Assembly: GCA_951804945.1 (NCBI GenBank)
Contig: OX638164.1
Span: forward strand, 18,228,001 to 18,292,000
DNA from: Podarcis cretensis
Lineage: Eukaryota
Reading direction: 5' to 3'
DNA: 64,000 nt
Part shown: positions 36,624 through 48,400 of the stretch, one piece after another
Position numbering within the stretch: the first letter of the stretch is position 1
Layout: the number at the start of each line of letters is the position of its first letter
The notes under the pieces: generated by a model
What the model was told of the DNA's origin: nothing
The model's input: the letters and a program-made list of their open reading frames with translations, nothing else
Databases searched by the model: none
Position numbers and translations under genes: made by a program

Positions 36624-37427
36624 GCAGACTTGGAAAGAGCCCTACAGCTTTTGTGTGGAGATACGTTTCAGAATCTGCATATTAACTCCTCAGGCTTACG
36701 GCTCCAAGCAGATACCAAACACAGTTCAAGCTGCTTTGCATGAGAGCAAACATCTAGTCAGGTGCTTTGGAAGAGAGAAGGGCAAATACCTAAATCAGAA
36801 TTGCAGAACTTGAGACCTAGGGGCAAAATGTGCCCCCTGACTTCTCTGTTTGGCCCTTGGGACTCTCCTCAGGTCACACTCTCTTCCCCTGTTTCTTCCT
36901 TCCGTTTCCTTCCTGGAGTGTTTCTGCCGCTGTCCTTGAACTCTGATGATGCCTCTTTCTTGCCAGATTGGGACAGAGAGGGGTGTGTGTAGAAAGCAGC
37001 CTACTGCACAAAGGTGAAATGTATATCCATTGTTCCGCCCACTCCTGGCACCTTGATGATGGCAGAAGGTTGCCCAGGAGGGAGTGGTTCGGAAAAGGTT
37101 CCCCACCCCTGACCAAATGGAACTAGACCCTCATTTTGCTTATCCTTTGGGTTTCTTCCAAGGATGTAGTCAGAATCCAGATGCAGCCTGAGCTGAGCCT
37201 TGCAGATTGTGCCCCTCCCCATTATCTGTCTAAGCAGCTTGACCCCTCTGGGAGCCACATGTCAGTGGTGGGCAGGGCCAGAAGCCAAAGTGGGGGCAAT
37301 GACAAAGATACGTTTTCCCTTTGTGCAATGGATTATTGGGTCCTCTCTGAGTGTAGCTAGCGTATGACTCACTCCATCCAGAGCAGGGGACAGAGCAGCC
37401 TAGGCAACGATACAGAGCAGGAAGACA

Positions 37428-37687
37428 CCATATTTTTCGCTCTATAAGATGCACCAGACCATAAGATGCACCTAGTTTTTGGAGGAGGAAAACAAGAAAA
37501 AAAATATTCTGAATCCCAGAAGCCAGAACAGCAAGAGGGATCGCTGCGCAGCGAAAGCAGCGATCCCTCTTGCTGTTCTGGCTTCTGGGATAGCTGCACA
37601 GCCTGCATTCGCTCCATAGGATGCACACACATTTCCCCTTACTTTTTAGGAGGGGAAAAGTGAGTCTTATAGAGCAAAAAAATACAG
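37428..37687 (-). mobile_element. Tc1/mariner MITE, same family as 9044
   Basis: Reverse-complement copy with both TIRs. Confidence 0.88.
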
Positions 37688-38343
37688 TATCTTGTGATGC
37701 TTGTTTGGGAGGTAAAACAGAAGCCACTCCCTCTTTGTCCATCTGTGTGAATCTATTTCGGGGGCCTCCTCTACCACAATTAATGTCGGAAAACAACTTG
37801 CAAAGGACGCGCCTGACCTTTTAATGTTTAGTGATGAAAATGCGCCTGCAAGGATTGTAAGGAAGCCAAGTAAACATGGACCCTTCTGACTCAATGTTTC
37901 TGCGACATGTGTGTACCTTTTCAGGCAGACCAGACCGACACACACGTATTTCCCCTCCATCTAACCCCACCACCAGTGCCTTCAGAAACAGCTGTGGGCA
38001 AGTGATATACATGGATGCTTTTGTTTGGTTAGTCTTCCACAGGAGATTGGAACGATGTACTGCTGCTAATGTAGGCTTTCTGAAATGTGAGGAAGATGGT
38101 AAAGGGCTTTCATTGAACACTATAGACTAGGGGAAGCCAACTTGGAGCCTTTCAGATGTTTGCTGCATTTCAGCTCCCCTCATCCCTGACCACCGGCCAT
38201 GTCGGCTGGGGCTGATGAGAGATAGAGCCCAGCATCTGAAGGGCACAGCATTGGCTATTCCTGCTTAGCTTTAAATGAGCTTAGCTATCATGGATTCCCT
38301 TCATGGAAGTCTGGGAAATAGAGCTCTGTAACTATTGTAGGCT

Positions 38344-38697
38344 GAGACGTGGGTGGCACTGCAGGTTAAACCACAGAGCCTAGGACTTGCCGATCAGAAG
38401 GTTGGCGGTTCGAATACCCGCAACAGGGTGAGCTCCCATTGCTCGGTCCCTGTTCCTGCCAACCTAGCAGTTTGAAAGCACATCAAAGTGCAAGTAGATA
38501 AATGGGTACTGCTCCGGTGGGAAGGTAAACGACATTTCCGTGCGCTGCTCTGGTTCGCCAGAAGCGGCTTAGTCATGCTGGCCACATGACCCGGAAGCTG
38601 TACGCTGGCTCCCTCAGCCAATAAAGCAAGATGAGCGATGCAACCCCAGAGTCGGTCACGACTGGACCTAATGGTCAGGGGTCCCTTTACCTTTACC
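38344..38697 (+). mobile_element. Sauria SINE in intron 1
   Basis: Full length; TSD ctattgtaggct (38332-38343 / 38701-38712). Confidence 0.93.
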
Positions 38698-39239
38698 TAG
38701 CTATTGTAGGCTAGCCCTCCACAGCCTGATGGGGATCTACACAGCATTGCATTCTCATCTGTCATGACTTCTCCACAAAGCAATTTTGGAAATTGTAGTT
38801 TGAGAGAGAGATAAGCATTCTCCATTAGACATCTGTAGCCTGGAACAGCCTTCCCTGACCTGATGCTTTCCAGATGCCACCCAGCAGCGGCTGATGAGAA
38901 TAATAGTCCCAGGCATCTGGAGAGCATCAGGCCCTGCAGACCTGCACTCCATAGGTCAGCTGCTTAGCACAGTTTTTGAGTGTCAGTTCGGTGGTAGAGG
39001 GAGCAAGACTGGGGACAGGTACCCAGCACCTGTTGCAAATGCCTAACCAATCCACACTATTAAGTTAAAGCACATCCAGTGCAGGGGTGTAGGAAGGGGG
39101 GGGTGCAGTACGCCCTGGGTGCCACCCTGATGGAGGGGTGACAAAATGGCCAGCGGCACTCACCACGGGGCCTGCAGTGCGCATGAGCCATGTGTGTTGG
39201 CACCTGCAGGCTCCACACTGTCTACTGGCTGCCTCCCCC

Positions 39240-39467
39240 TGTTATGTACTGAAGTTCTCACCCTGGGCCAGCAGGGGGATACTGTAGATAGTTTTCACTC
39301 AAGTCCACATATGCAAATAAGGGATTGAAAGTGACGTTCAGTGATTGGATAGTTACAGAAAGTTCAGCAGGCTGGCTGAACCCTTCAGCTCAGTTCTGGC
39401 CTGTGAATAAATAAGAGCTGTTTGAAGAATCGCTGTGTAGTCTGATATGTTCACCCACAACTTAACA
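39240..39467 (+). mobile_element. Short solo LTR (228 bp) nested in a GC-rich MITE-like element (about 39082-39690)
   Basis: TGTTA...TAACA termini, AATAAA at about 39406; TSD imperfect (ccccc / ctctc). Confidence 0.7.
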
Positions 39468-40144
39468 CTCTCCCATCTGTAGGGTGGCTGAGGCCCCACA
39501 GCATGCCCAGTCCCTCCCTAAGGGCACCCCACGCTCTGTACCGTCCCAATGGATGTTGCGTGGCACCCATAGGGACAGGGCATGTGGTGCCCATAGGGAA
39601 GGCACAGGCCATGCTGTCCCTATGGGTGGTTCACCCTGCTCCTATGGATGGTTCTCTGCACCCCTGGGCATGCCGCCCTAGGTGCCCAAGATCCAATGCA
39701 CATCTAAAACACATGACTTCCTCCAAAGAAACCTGGGAGCTGCTATTCCAACCTCACAGGGCTACAATTCCCAGCACCCTTAACAAACTATAGTTCCCAG
39801 GGTTCATTGGGGGGAAGTCATGTGTTTTAAATGTGTGTCTTTAAGAGTGTGATGTAGATCTGCCCCAAGGCTGTCTCTAACATCATCCCAAGTCTTTAAG
39901 GTCCAACAGGGGGAAACACACCTGAGCAAGATCCAAAATTCCCAGTGTGCAGAGGATTCCTATGACTATGCATGGACTGTGAAGGACTGTAAGGGTGGGG
40001 GGAGCTTCCAGATGGACATACTATTCCCATTTGTTGCTTTGAGGTCAGAATCCCAGGCTAGGAATACTGTGAAGCACATGGGTTTGGCCACTGCTTGGAT
40101 GTGTGGCTGCATGGGACCTGATGTATGCTGCTCTGAAAGGCAAT

Positions 40145-40234
40145 CATAGCTGTCAACGTTCCTCTTTTTATAAGGGAAATTCCTTTATTCCGAATAGAAT
40201 TCCTCACAAGCAAAGGGAAAAGTTGACAGCTATG
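40145..40234. mobile_element. 90-bp hAT MITE, second copy in opposite orientation
   Basis: TIR catagctgtcaac; perfect 8-bp TSD aaggcaat. Confidence 0.88.
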
Positions 40235-41255
40235 AAGGCAATACTGTTAAGAAATTTAAGAAATCAGCACACTTGTGCCCAGCCCTGCTCAGGGATTCTA
40301 AGAAACAAAACAAAAACAAGTGCAGTTTCGAAACCAGAAGTTTAAATCAGTGCAGCTTTGAAAGGTTCAGCCCGCCATCTTGATTCAAAATGGCAAACAA
40401 CTGTACCCAAACAGAGACAAAAACCTGATGCTTGTTCTCAGCAGTCATCATCCAAATATGGTTACAATATCTTAAGAAGTGTCTAAAGGCATAGCAAACA
40501 GACAAACAACTATCCAAAATAAATCACTTCTAGGGAAAAACAACAATTGTCGCTCAATGTCTTCCTATTTTGGGAAATCCAAAATAGTATTTCTTGAATA
40601 CTGTACAGATTTACGATTCATATTTTACCCAGTTTAGACATTCTACTGCTGTTGGCGAGATTCCCAGATCCGCATGACGTCTGGATATAAGGGGGTTATT
40701 AGTATTACAGAGGTTTGGCACTGTAGCAGGGAGTCTATCGTCTGAGCCAGAGTTCAGCCTAGTGAGATGTCTACTGAAGCATTATGTATTCGTATAGCAC
40801 CATCCAACGTCTACCATTTTTCAAAGCGACATGGCAATTTTATATATTTATTTACTTACTTACTTTACAAAATTAATATACTGCTTTCGTTTGCCACGAA
40901 ACCTCCCAGTGGTTGACAAAAAATATTAAAATAAGCAATGAAAACAGATAAAATAAGTAAAACGTAAAAAAAATTAAACCAGCAGTTAACTAAAAACTGA
41001 TTAAAAGCACAGCAACATATACACATCTCGATAGGCCTAATAAAAAATGTGTTAAGCAGGCACACAAACAAAGGAAAAATAGTAGAAGTGTCTGCCTGAT
41101 ATCAATAGGCAGGGAGTTCCAAAGTGCAAGTTATGGCAAGCTAAAGGAAGAATTTCTGAAATGTTTGGAATGGGTATTGTGCGTAAGACTGCCAGTTCTA
41201 CAGATTGAAACTGTCGAGTAGGCACATAGGGGGTAAAGCGATTACATGAGTAAAA

Positions 41256-41312
41256 AGTAGTAGTAGTAGTAGTAGTAGTAGTAATAATAATAATAATAAT
41301 AATAATAATATA
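41256..41312. repeat. Compound (AGT)n(AAT)n microsatellite; other (AAT)n tracts at about 13175-13210 and 23307-23362; (TATG)n at about 58688-58728
   Basis: Direct reading. Confidence 0.9.
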
Positions 41313-44047
41313 GGTCCCTACCCTTAAGGATCCTGCAATTTTAACTCCAGTAATGGAGAACACAGCAGAGGGAAAAGGAGGGAGAAGGTGAAGAAGCAAG
41401 AGCAGCAGGACGACTGAAGAAAATGCAGTTCTGTGTACATAGCCTTCTTTGCAATTGGGGATAAGGATTAAAGGGTTAAGCCAAAGGCTTGAAATAAATC
41501 TTTTCTATAGGGAGATGATGGATGTAATTGACTCAGCTCCAGTCTTTCTCGAGACAAAGGACTAGAGTGTTATTTTTATTCCCACAGAATTGAAATCGTT
41601 TTGAAAAAGTGATAGCTGCTTGTGGCATACGTACAGCCATCCGATTTTCACGTCAGGTAAATAGAGCTGGAAAGTTTTTGCATTGCTTAAAAAATCTGCA
41701 AAATCTGTTTGATTGAGAGCAAAAGTGGGATAAAAGGAAAGTTACACTTGTATGTATATTGTGTGTGTGTGTGGACACCATAGGAAGCAAAGTCTCTGTT
41801 ACAAACTTTTCTCTCTTCCTGCCCCAAGAGCCGAGGTTTCCTTAGTTCAGCAGTTCCATGTCATTTCTGCCAGCTGTTCATTGAGCACACATTCAGATTT
41901 GTTTGTTGGAAGGGTATATCGACCTGTGCCAAGCAACTATTATCCCTTGCTTTCCAAGGGTGCGTTTCCCAATCATTTCCCTCATCACAAAACGTCTGAT
42001 TTGAGTGGGGAGGGTGGTTTGTTGCACAGAGCAATAACCAGCTTTATTTGTGCAATCTGAGTTTGCTGGCATGTGGTTGAATCCCACCCCAAAAGAGCAA
42101 AAGTCTGGAAGAGACCAAAGTGCGATTCCACATGCATCCTGCCTATCATGGAAACGTTTCATACATCTTACTGCGTAATAAATATTCTCATTTAACATTT
42201 CTGAAGTTCCACCTGCTATGTGCTGAAAGAAAGAGGTCTCCCGAATAAACCTGACTTGTACTGAGCCCATTCCTGCTATTAGCACCTCAGATAAAATACT
42301 GTAACTTCCCCACTAGAAATGCAGGGACTGATGATGAACATGCGCCCCCACAAATACTCTGTTAGCAGAACCACTTGTAATGGCCCATGCACCTCTGTTC
42401 CCCTCTCATTTTAATAGAATGTCCTTCATATAATTTCTGCTTAATTTCACCACTGTGAAAGCCGCTGTCCTAGCAGAAGTTAGGATTTTCCTTGCACACA
42501 AGTTCCAGGATAGAAACTTCCCTTTTAGAGCTAACAAAGCTGAGTAAGACTTTCACACGGTGAACATAAATTTACTGATGTAAATGGTACTTGTGAAACC
42601 TGTGGGTCTCCTGGTTCAAGTGGTTCTCTTCAACCACGGCTTGGGGGTGGGTGTGGGGATGCAGCCCAAGAGAGAGGGAGGCTCCCATCAAAACATGACT
42701 TCTAGAACTTTTACTAATCTTATGTGGCTACTAATAGAGACTGTGCCTCTTCCCCTTCTCCTACTAAACAAAGCCCCAACCCCCCCCCCATTAGTCTCCA
42801 AAAGGTAGTATCAGGTACCAAATTAGTATACCAAAGAGGCAGACCTTACAATAATGAGGAACACAGATTAGCTTAACGGCTGTAATATCAAATTGCTTTA
42901 CAGTTCTCATGTCATCACCTGAGCATAGGCAAAATATGCTGTGCTTGTTTCCCACAATATTTTTTTTTAAAAACCCACAAAATATGTAGTTCAATTTTGC
43001 CTCTCTCTGGGCAAAATTATGCTTTGAAAAATAATTTTTCAAGCTTTCAAGTTCTGCAGCGCACTTTACCAGGTACAAAGAAAACAATGAGTTAAAATAC
43101 AGACGTTTCATCTCCACCAGACAAGGTGCAACTACATGTTACTGCAGACTCAGGCAGCTGCCAGAAATGTCATCTGGGTGTCGAGTTCCCTACCCCAAAC
43201 CCATAACATCTAGGAACATCCATCAGATATATGACTTCATCACACTGTGCAATATTCGATGATGTGAAGCTGGGGCGGGGAAATGCAGAACGTGATGACA
43301 TCACATTGCGAGGGATGTGTTAATTGTGTGTTATGGGTGTGGGGTGGTGAGCAGGGGATAACTCTACCCAGAGATGCTGTTTAGTGGAAGTTCCTTGTTA
43401 ACAAGTCTGCCCTTCTTTAGCAGTCTCAAAGAAGTGCGTTGTCCCACAACGACCCCTTGCACACCCCAGCATGGAGCATCATTCCCCCAGATGTTTTCCA
43501 CTATGATCATTTTTGCTATCATGTGCCTTAAAGTGTTCACAGTGCTTCACAAGTGTTCTTCCCAGTAAGTAGCCCTGCAAAGTGGATCAGAATTATTATG
43601 GCCCTTACCCCATAAAATTACAGACAGGAGGCTGAAAGACAGCAATGAACAAACCACACATTTAAAGCACATCATGCACACCCCATAAGAATTCTGGGAA
43701 GGGTAGTTTGCTGGGGATTGTAGCTGTGTGGGGTGAACTACAGTTCTCAAGATTCTTAGGGTATGTGTGTGCTTTAAATGTGCTTTGTATGTGTTGTGTG
43801 AACGCAACCAGAAGTTAATGTGCATTAAATGTATGGTGTCTACGCAGCCAGAAGTTGAAGGCAAGCGAGATTTGGAGAAGTACTGCTCAAGGCTCATGCT
43901 TTTACCATAACCTGCCCCTGACTGCATCACCCCAGATCTACCACCCCACCCACAGCTCAAAGATTCCCACTATTGGCATGCACCGCCCAACCTGCACCTG
44001 CTCTGAGCATCTAAAAGGAAGAGAAGGAGAGTTGAAGCACTGCTTAC

Positions 44048-44704
44048 CGTCAGGTCTTCCCCATAGAACTGGAGCATGGAGGCATCAGCCACCAGCAGGG
44101 TCTCCACATAGCGGGCTTCTGAGATGAACCTCTTGGTTCTGCTGGTGCTGTTGGACTCTGCTACCCGGGATTCCTCTTCTGGGATGTCCTCTCCAGCTTC
44201 TTTTGCCCACCCCCTCTTCTGGAGCTGGTGGGCCTGCAGCAGAGGATCTCCATTCTCATGACCTTGTGGGTGGATGACATATTTGTCTCCATCCACCAAG
44301 AAGGAGCCACGGATGCCCTGGCACAGGCTGACAGCCACCAGGGAGTCTGGCTGGGAGTTCACAGTCCCCGAGTAGAAGCAGCTCCGGAGCCCCACGTCCT
44401 CCTTAGCAAGGAGCTCCTTCCTACCCACGTGCTGGATCTTCAGCCCAGGTGCCAAGAAGCTGGCATCTGGCTTCAACTGCAGGACAAACTCCTTCCTGAA
44501 GGCACGGATGGAGAAGGAAACCTGCCCTTCGCTTCCCGGAGGGACCATCCAGACTGGCACCACCCCCTGGGAGTCGCTGTCCTGGGTGGGCAGTGCCCAG
44601 GCATTGCCAAGCAGTCGCAAGACCAGCAGCAGAGGGAAGAAGAGCGTGCGGGCAGCGGCCAGCCTGCCAGCCGAGGGCTGCGGTGCTTGCAGAGAAAGGG
44701 GCAT
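44048..44704 (-). CDS. ADAMTS8: ADAMTS8 exon 1: signal peptide, prodomain, furin site RTKR (44129-44140), start of catalytic domain
   Basis: ATG at 44704 gives MPLSLQ...LFFPLLLVLRLLGNAWA (hydrophobic signal), CFYSGTVN prodomain motif and RTKR|FISEARYVETLLVADASM; donor ACG|GTAAGC, phase 0. Confidence 0.92.
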
Positions 44705-45254
44705 TGATGCTATCAGGGAGCCAGTGACGGGATGGGAAGAGCAGGCTCGGTTGAAGAAACAGCAAAGTCCCCAGCTGTGTATGCTGCAAATTGGCAAGCC
44801 ACGATCCCCAGGGAAAAACTTGTGGCTTGAAATTGATAGGAGAGAGTGAACAAATTTGGGGTTTTAATGCCAGGTTTAGTTAGCAGCAACTTGCCCAGCG
44901 TAGAGGGAGAATTGAGGGGGGGGGAGCGGGCGGGAAAATCCTTTTTCTCCCCAAAGGTTGCTTTGTGGGGTTCCTTCTGTTACCAGCTTCCAAAGTAGCT
45001 CTTGCACCTTTCCGGGCAAAAGATGCAGCAACAAAGCGGGCTGTCCACTTGGAAAAAAGTGTGTCGAGTTGAAAGAGGCTGGGACTGGGTGGGTGTTGGA
45101 ATCCTGATTTCTCTCTTTCTCTCTGCCTCTCTGAGTTTCCCTCCCTTCCCTTCCTAAGAAGCTCTCTAGCTCTCTCCCTAGGCTGCTGCGCTCTCTCCCT
45201 GGGCTGCTTCTTCCCAAGCCTTTGAAGCACCAAATCTGGCTGCAGAGTCCTCGG

Positions 45255-45262
45255 TATTTATA
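45255..45262 (-). promoter_or_regulatory. TATA box (TATAAATA) of ADAMTS8; predicted TSS about 45225-45230
   Basis: Consensus TATAWAW on the gene strand, followed by about 520 nt with no ATG until the start codon. Confidence 0.7.
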
Positions 45263-45406
45263 CTTTTCTTCCCCCCTTGCTTTGACATAAGAGGTTTATT
45301 TTTGATCTCTCTCACTATTCCACATTCTCCCCTGGGACCTAGAGAGCAAGAGGAGGAGGAGGAATGAAAAGGGGGGGGGGAGGGGAGGTTTTTGGATAGA
45401 ACTTGA

Positions 45407-45416
45407 AGCCAATCAG
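45407..45416 (+). promoter_or_regulatory. CCAAT (NF-Y) box AGCCAATCAG, with a G-rich Sp/KLF-like tract at 45371-45388
   Basis: Full NF-Y consensus about 150 nt upstream of the TATA box. Confidence 0.55.
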
Positions 45417-48400
45417 GAGCTAGGAGGACACGCCTCTCTTGTTTAAGTGTCAACTCAAACATGCCCCCCCCCTTCTTATTCTCTTTGTGTTAACTCTTTC
45501 CAGGATTTTGATCACCCTTTGGCAATCAGACATTCTTTTTAAAATTTACTTTTTAAAGGCTGCAATCCAAGAGATTGGTCATCATTTGCATTAATTCTGC
45601 ACTGTACGGGGTGAAAGAAGAAGAGGAGGACTTCCACTTGTTCCTTCCTTTTTCGGGGGCTCCTGGGGAGGGGGAATAAGTCTGCCATGGGAAAAAGTTC
45701 CAAATACTAAATAGATAAAACTCCATTTTATCAGATGCTAGCATACATCTGGGTCCTCCCAAACGAGATCTTCATCATCCCTAAAGGAGCTGCTGCTATC
45801 TAAAATCAGGAATCTTATCATTGTGCCAGGGAGTTGGGCGTTTCATCTGAGAATGTTCTTCAGAGAATACAGAAGGAAGCATAGGGAGGTTTCCTAATTG
45901 AAAGCATTAACAGGGCCATTTGGAAAATTAGAAAAGCAATGCATTCAGTTCTTCCACACAAGTATAGCTGGTCATGTTTTCTTTCCTTTTTTTAAAAAAG
46001 GAATGTTTTAATCGGAATTCAGCTCCGTCCCCCTTCTCCAAGTACGTGATAAACTTGGAAAGGAAAAATAAAAATAAAAGGAAACATAGAGAATGGATTT
46101 TGTGCTTATTTGGTTTTTTAAAAACAAAAAGCAAGCACCCCAAACATAAACCATTTTTTGTCTTATGACTGTCTTTATTTACAGCATACCTTTTATTACT
46201 CACAAACCACCCACTGCACAAAAGTATCCATTTTTTATTCTGGTGTATTGCTGATGTAGCTGCTGGATACGCTTTATTTTAAGCAGCCTCGCTTCCTGTA
46301 TACATCATGACACTGCAGAACACCAAGAGTGGCCTTTCATTTCATTCAGTGGACTTTTGCTTCTCTACATAGCTCTCCACATTCCAAACACTTCAGCTCT
46401 GGGCAGAATGAAATAGTCATGTGTATAACCCTCCATCCCTTCATTTCATTTTAGTAAATATTCTTCAACCCCCCCCCCCAAAAAAAAACTTTCTGAACTT
46501 CCCCATGCATAGGCCCCTCAAGGCAGTTTACAATGAACTTGTTTATAAAAATCGCATAAAACAAACTTTCTAAACTATCCTCTAATTAATGAGCAGCAAC
46601 AACAAAGAAAGTTCAAGAATTAGCACCTTAGCCAAGTACAGGGTTCTTTTAAAAGCCAATATTGATGGGGCCGTGCCTATTATTCCCTAGGGGAGAGAAG
46701 TCTAATGATGTGGGGCCATCACTAAAAAGTCCCTGTCTGTGATAACTGTCGATATAATAGATCATGACAGCAGCACAAACAGAGAACAAGGGCCTCTGAG
46801 GCCCAGCTTAAACTGGGCAGGCTTATATGTATGGATGCAGACAGTTTGGAAACATTTGAGCTGGTATCTCTTCTTAACTGTAGAGGACATATGATGCATT
46901 ACACTCACCATGATTGGTCTAGATTCTGGAAATCCCATTGTGCTTGACCAAAAGGAACCAATTGATAATGGAGAAAAATCTTTGAATAAGGAACAGCTAA
47001 TTGTGGGGAAAGGAGAAATCTTTTTAAAAGGTCCATATGCCATGCACACTGGAAGTAACTTCCACAATGGAATTCTGCCAAGCCTCGTCCAAGTCCCACA
47101 CACCAAAAGTGATGTATTTTGCATGGTGGAAAGGGACCCACAGTTGCCCCATTAGTTCTTAGGGGAGTTGTAGGTTATCAGGGATCAGAGTAATTTCCTT
47201 TTTCTCAAAGCGCCACAGAGGAATCCCCTTTCCTCCCCCTTAAAACGTGCTGTTCGAAAGCTTTAATCCTCAAACTATTTGAAAGGATAATGTAAGCAGT
47301 GTTTTGAGGTTCCAGATACCTTCCTCCCGGGAACCTGGGAAATCAGCTTTATGGTAAATGATTGAGGACGAGGGTCAGTGTTTAAAGGCTGTTTACTCTG
47401 GACAAATATCTGTGCGTCCGTTTGAGGGGGATTATTTACATCTGCTTGGCTCTGTTGAAAAGCCACCTCCTTCTACTCAGACACACACTAGCTGTGTCTC
47501 TAAATAACTGCATCTTTTCCAGGGGTTGGGGGGGGTGGGCAAAGTTTCTTATTACCGAATTTCTTTTTATAAAGTGTGATTCTTTTGACTGTAAAGAAAT
47601 GAAGCGTGATGAGCATTTGCTGATGCGTGTTCTAAACAGTCCCATATTAAATATGCTGTCGGCAGAGGCTCCAGTGATGCAATAAGTGATGGCAGGATAA
47701 GATCCATGGGGTGTGACGGTCAGCAGCCGAGCATAAACTGTTGCAGAGAAAAACTGGTCCATGGCCAGAGATGGTTTTTTGGTACAGGGAAAGAGAATAA
47801 GATTGGAGACGGGCAGAAGATCTGAATGGACAGAGCAGGAGCTCGGGGCTGAATCAGGAGCAGATCGCTTAGTGAAGAACCATTTATGAGGGGAGAGGGC
47901 CAGGAGGATTGACCTGGGAGCTGAACCAGCAGAAGTTAGAGAGAACCAGTCCTGAAGCTGGTTTGTGGTCTGATGATGCCAAGGAAAGAGGCCCTCTGCT
48001 GGTGTTTTTAACAAGAGGATTTGTGGAAATTCTGATTGCTGTTCATAGGGCAGCAAAGGTCCTTACTCAGTCCTATCAGATGTTCAGTTTGTAAAGTGAA
48101 GGGACTTGTCCTTAACAAAGGAGCATAGGAAGCTGTCTTATACTTTAGTCAGACTTTTGGTCCATCCAGCTTAGCATCGTCTACACTGACTGGAAGTGGC
48201 TGCCCAGGATTTCAGGCAGAGGTGTCTCCCAATCCTACCTGCAGATGCCTGGGATTGAATTAAAACAGAAGTTCCACACAGCATTTAATATAGTGCTATG
48301 CAGTTCAGCAGTACCCTTCCCTACAGCCAGGATCCTCCTACAGTTTTTACATAGAATTCAGTCTCAGTCGAAAACATAAAACTGCCCCGGTCTCCTTTGA

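Larger units (their letters stand above)
11653..44704 (-). other. ADAMTS8: ADAMTS8(-like) gene span from start codon to stop codon; 9 coding exons, 921-aa precursor (signal peptide, prodomain, M12B protease, disintegrin-like, TSR1, Cys-rich, spacer, TSR2, TSR3)
   Basis: Nine exons joined by GT-AG introns with matching phases sum to 2766 nt (922 codons including stop). Zinc motif HELGHVLSMPHD, mature N-terminus FISEARYVETLLVADASM and the spacer sequence are characteristic of ADAMTS8. Confidence 0.93.

Noticed and set aside
11653-44704. Calling the gene ADAMTS1 or ADAMTS15 because it has three TSRs
   Set aside because: The zinc motif [23 protein letters not shown] and the spacer sequence match ADAMTS8.
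44705-44797. N-terminal extension MPICSIH... in the ORF track
   Set aside because: It starts at TTG, not ATG; the first ATG (44704) directly precedes a plausible signal peptide.
47436-48056. 206-aa minus-strand ORF upstream of the promoter
   Set aside because: No recognisable domain, non-ATG start and no supporting splice structure.
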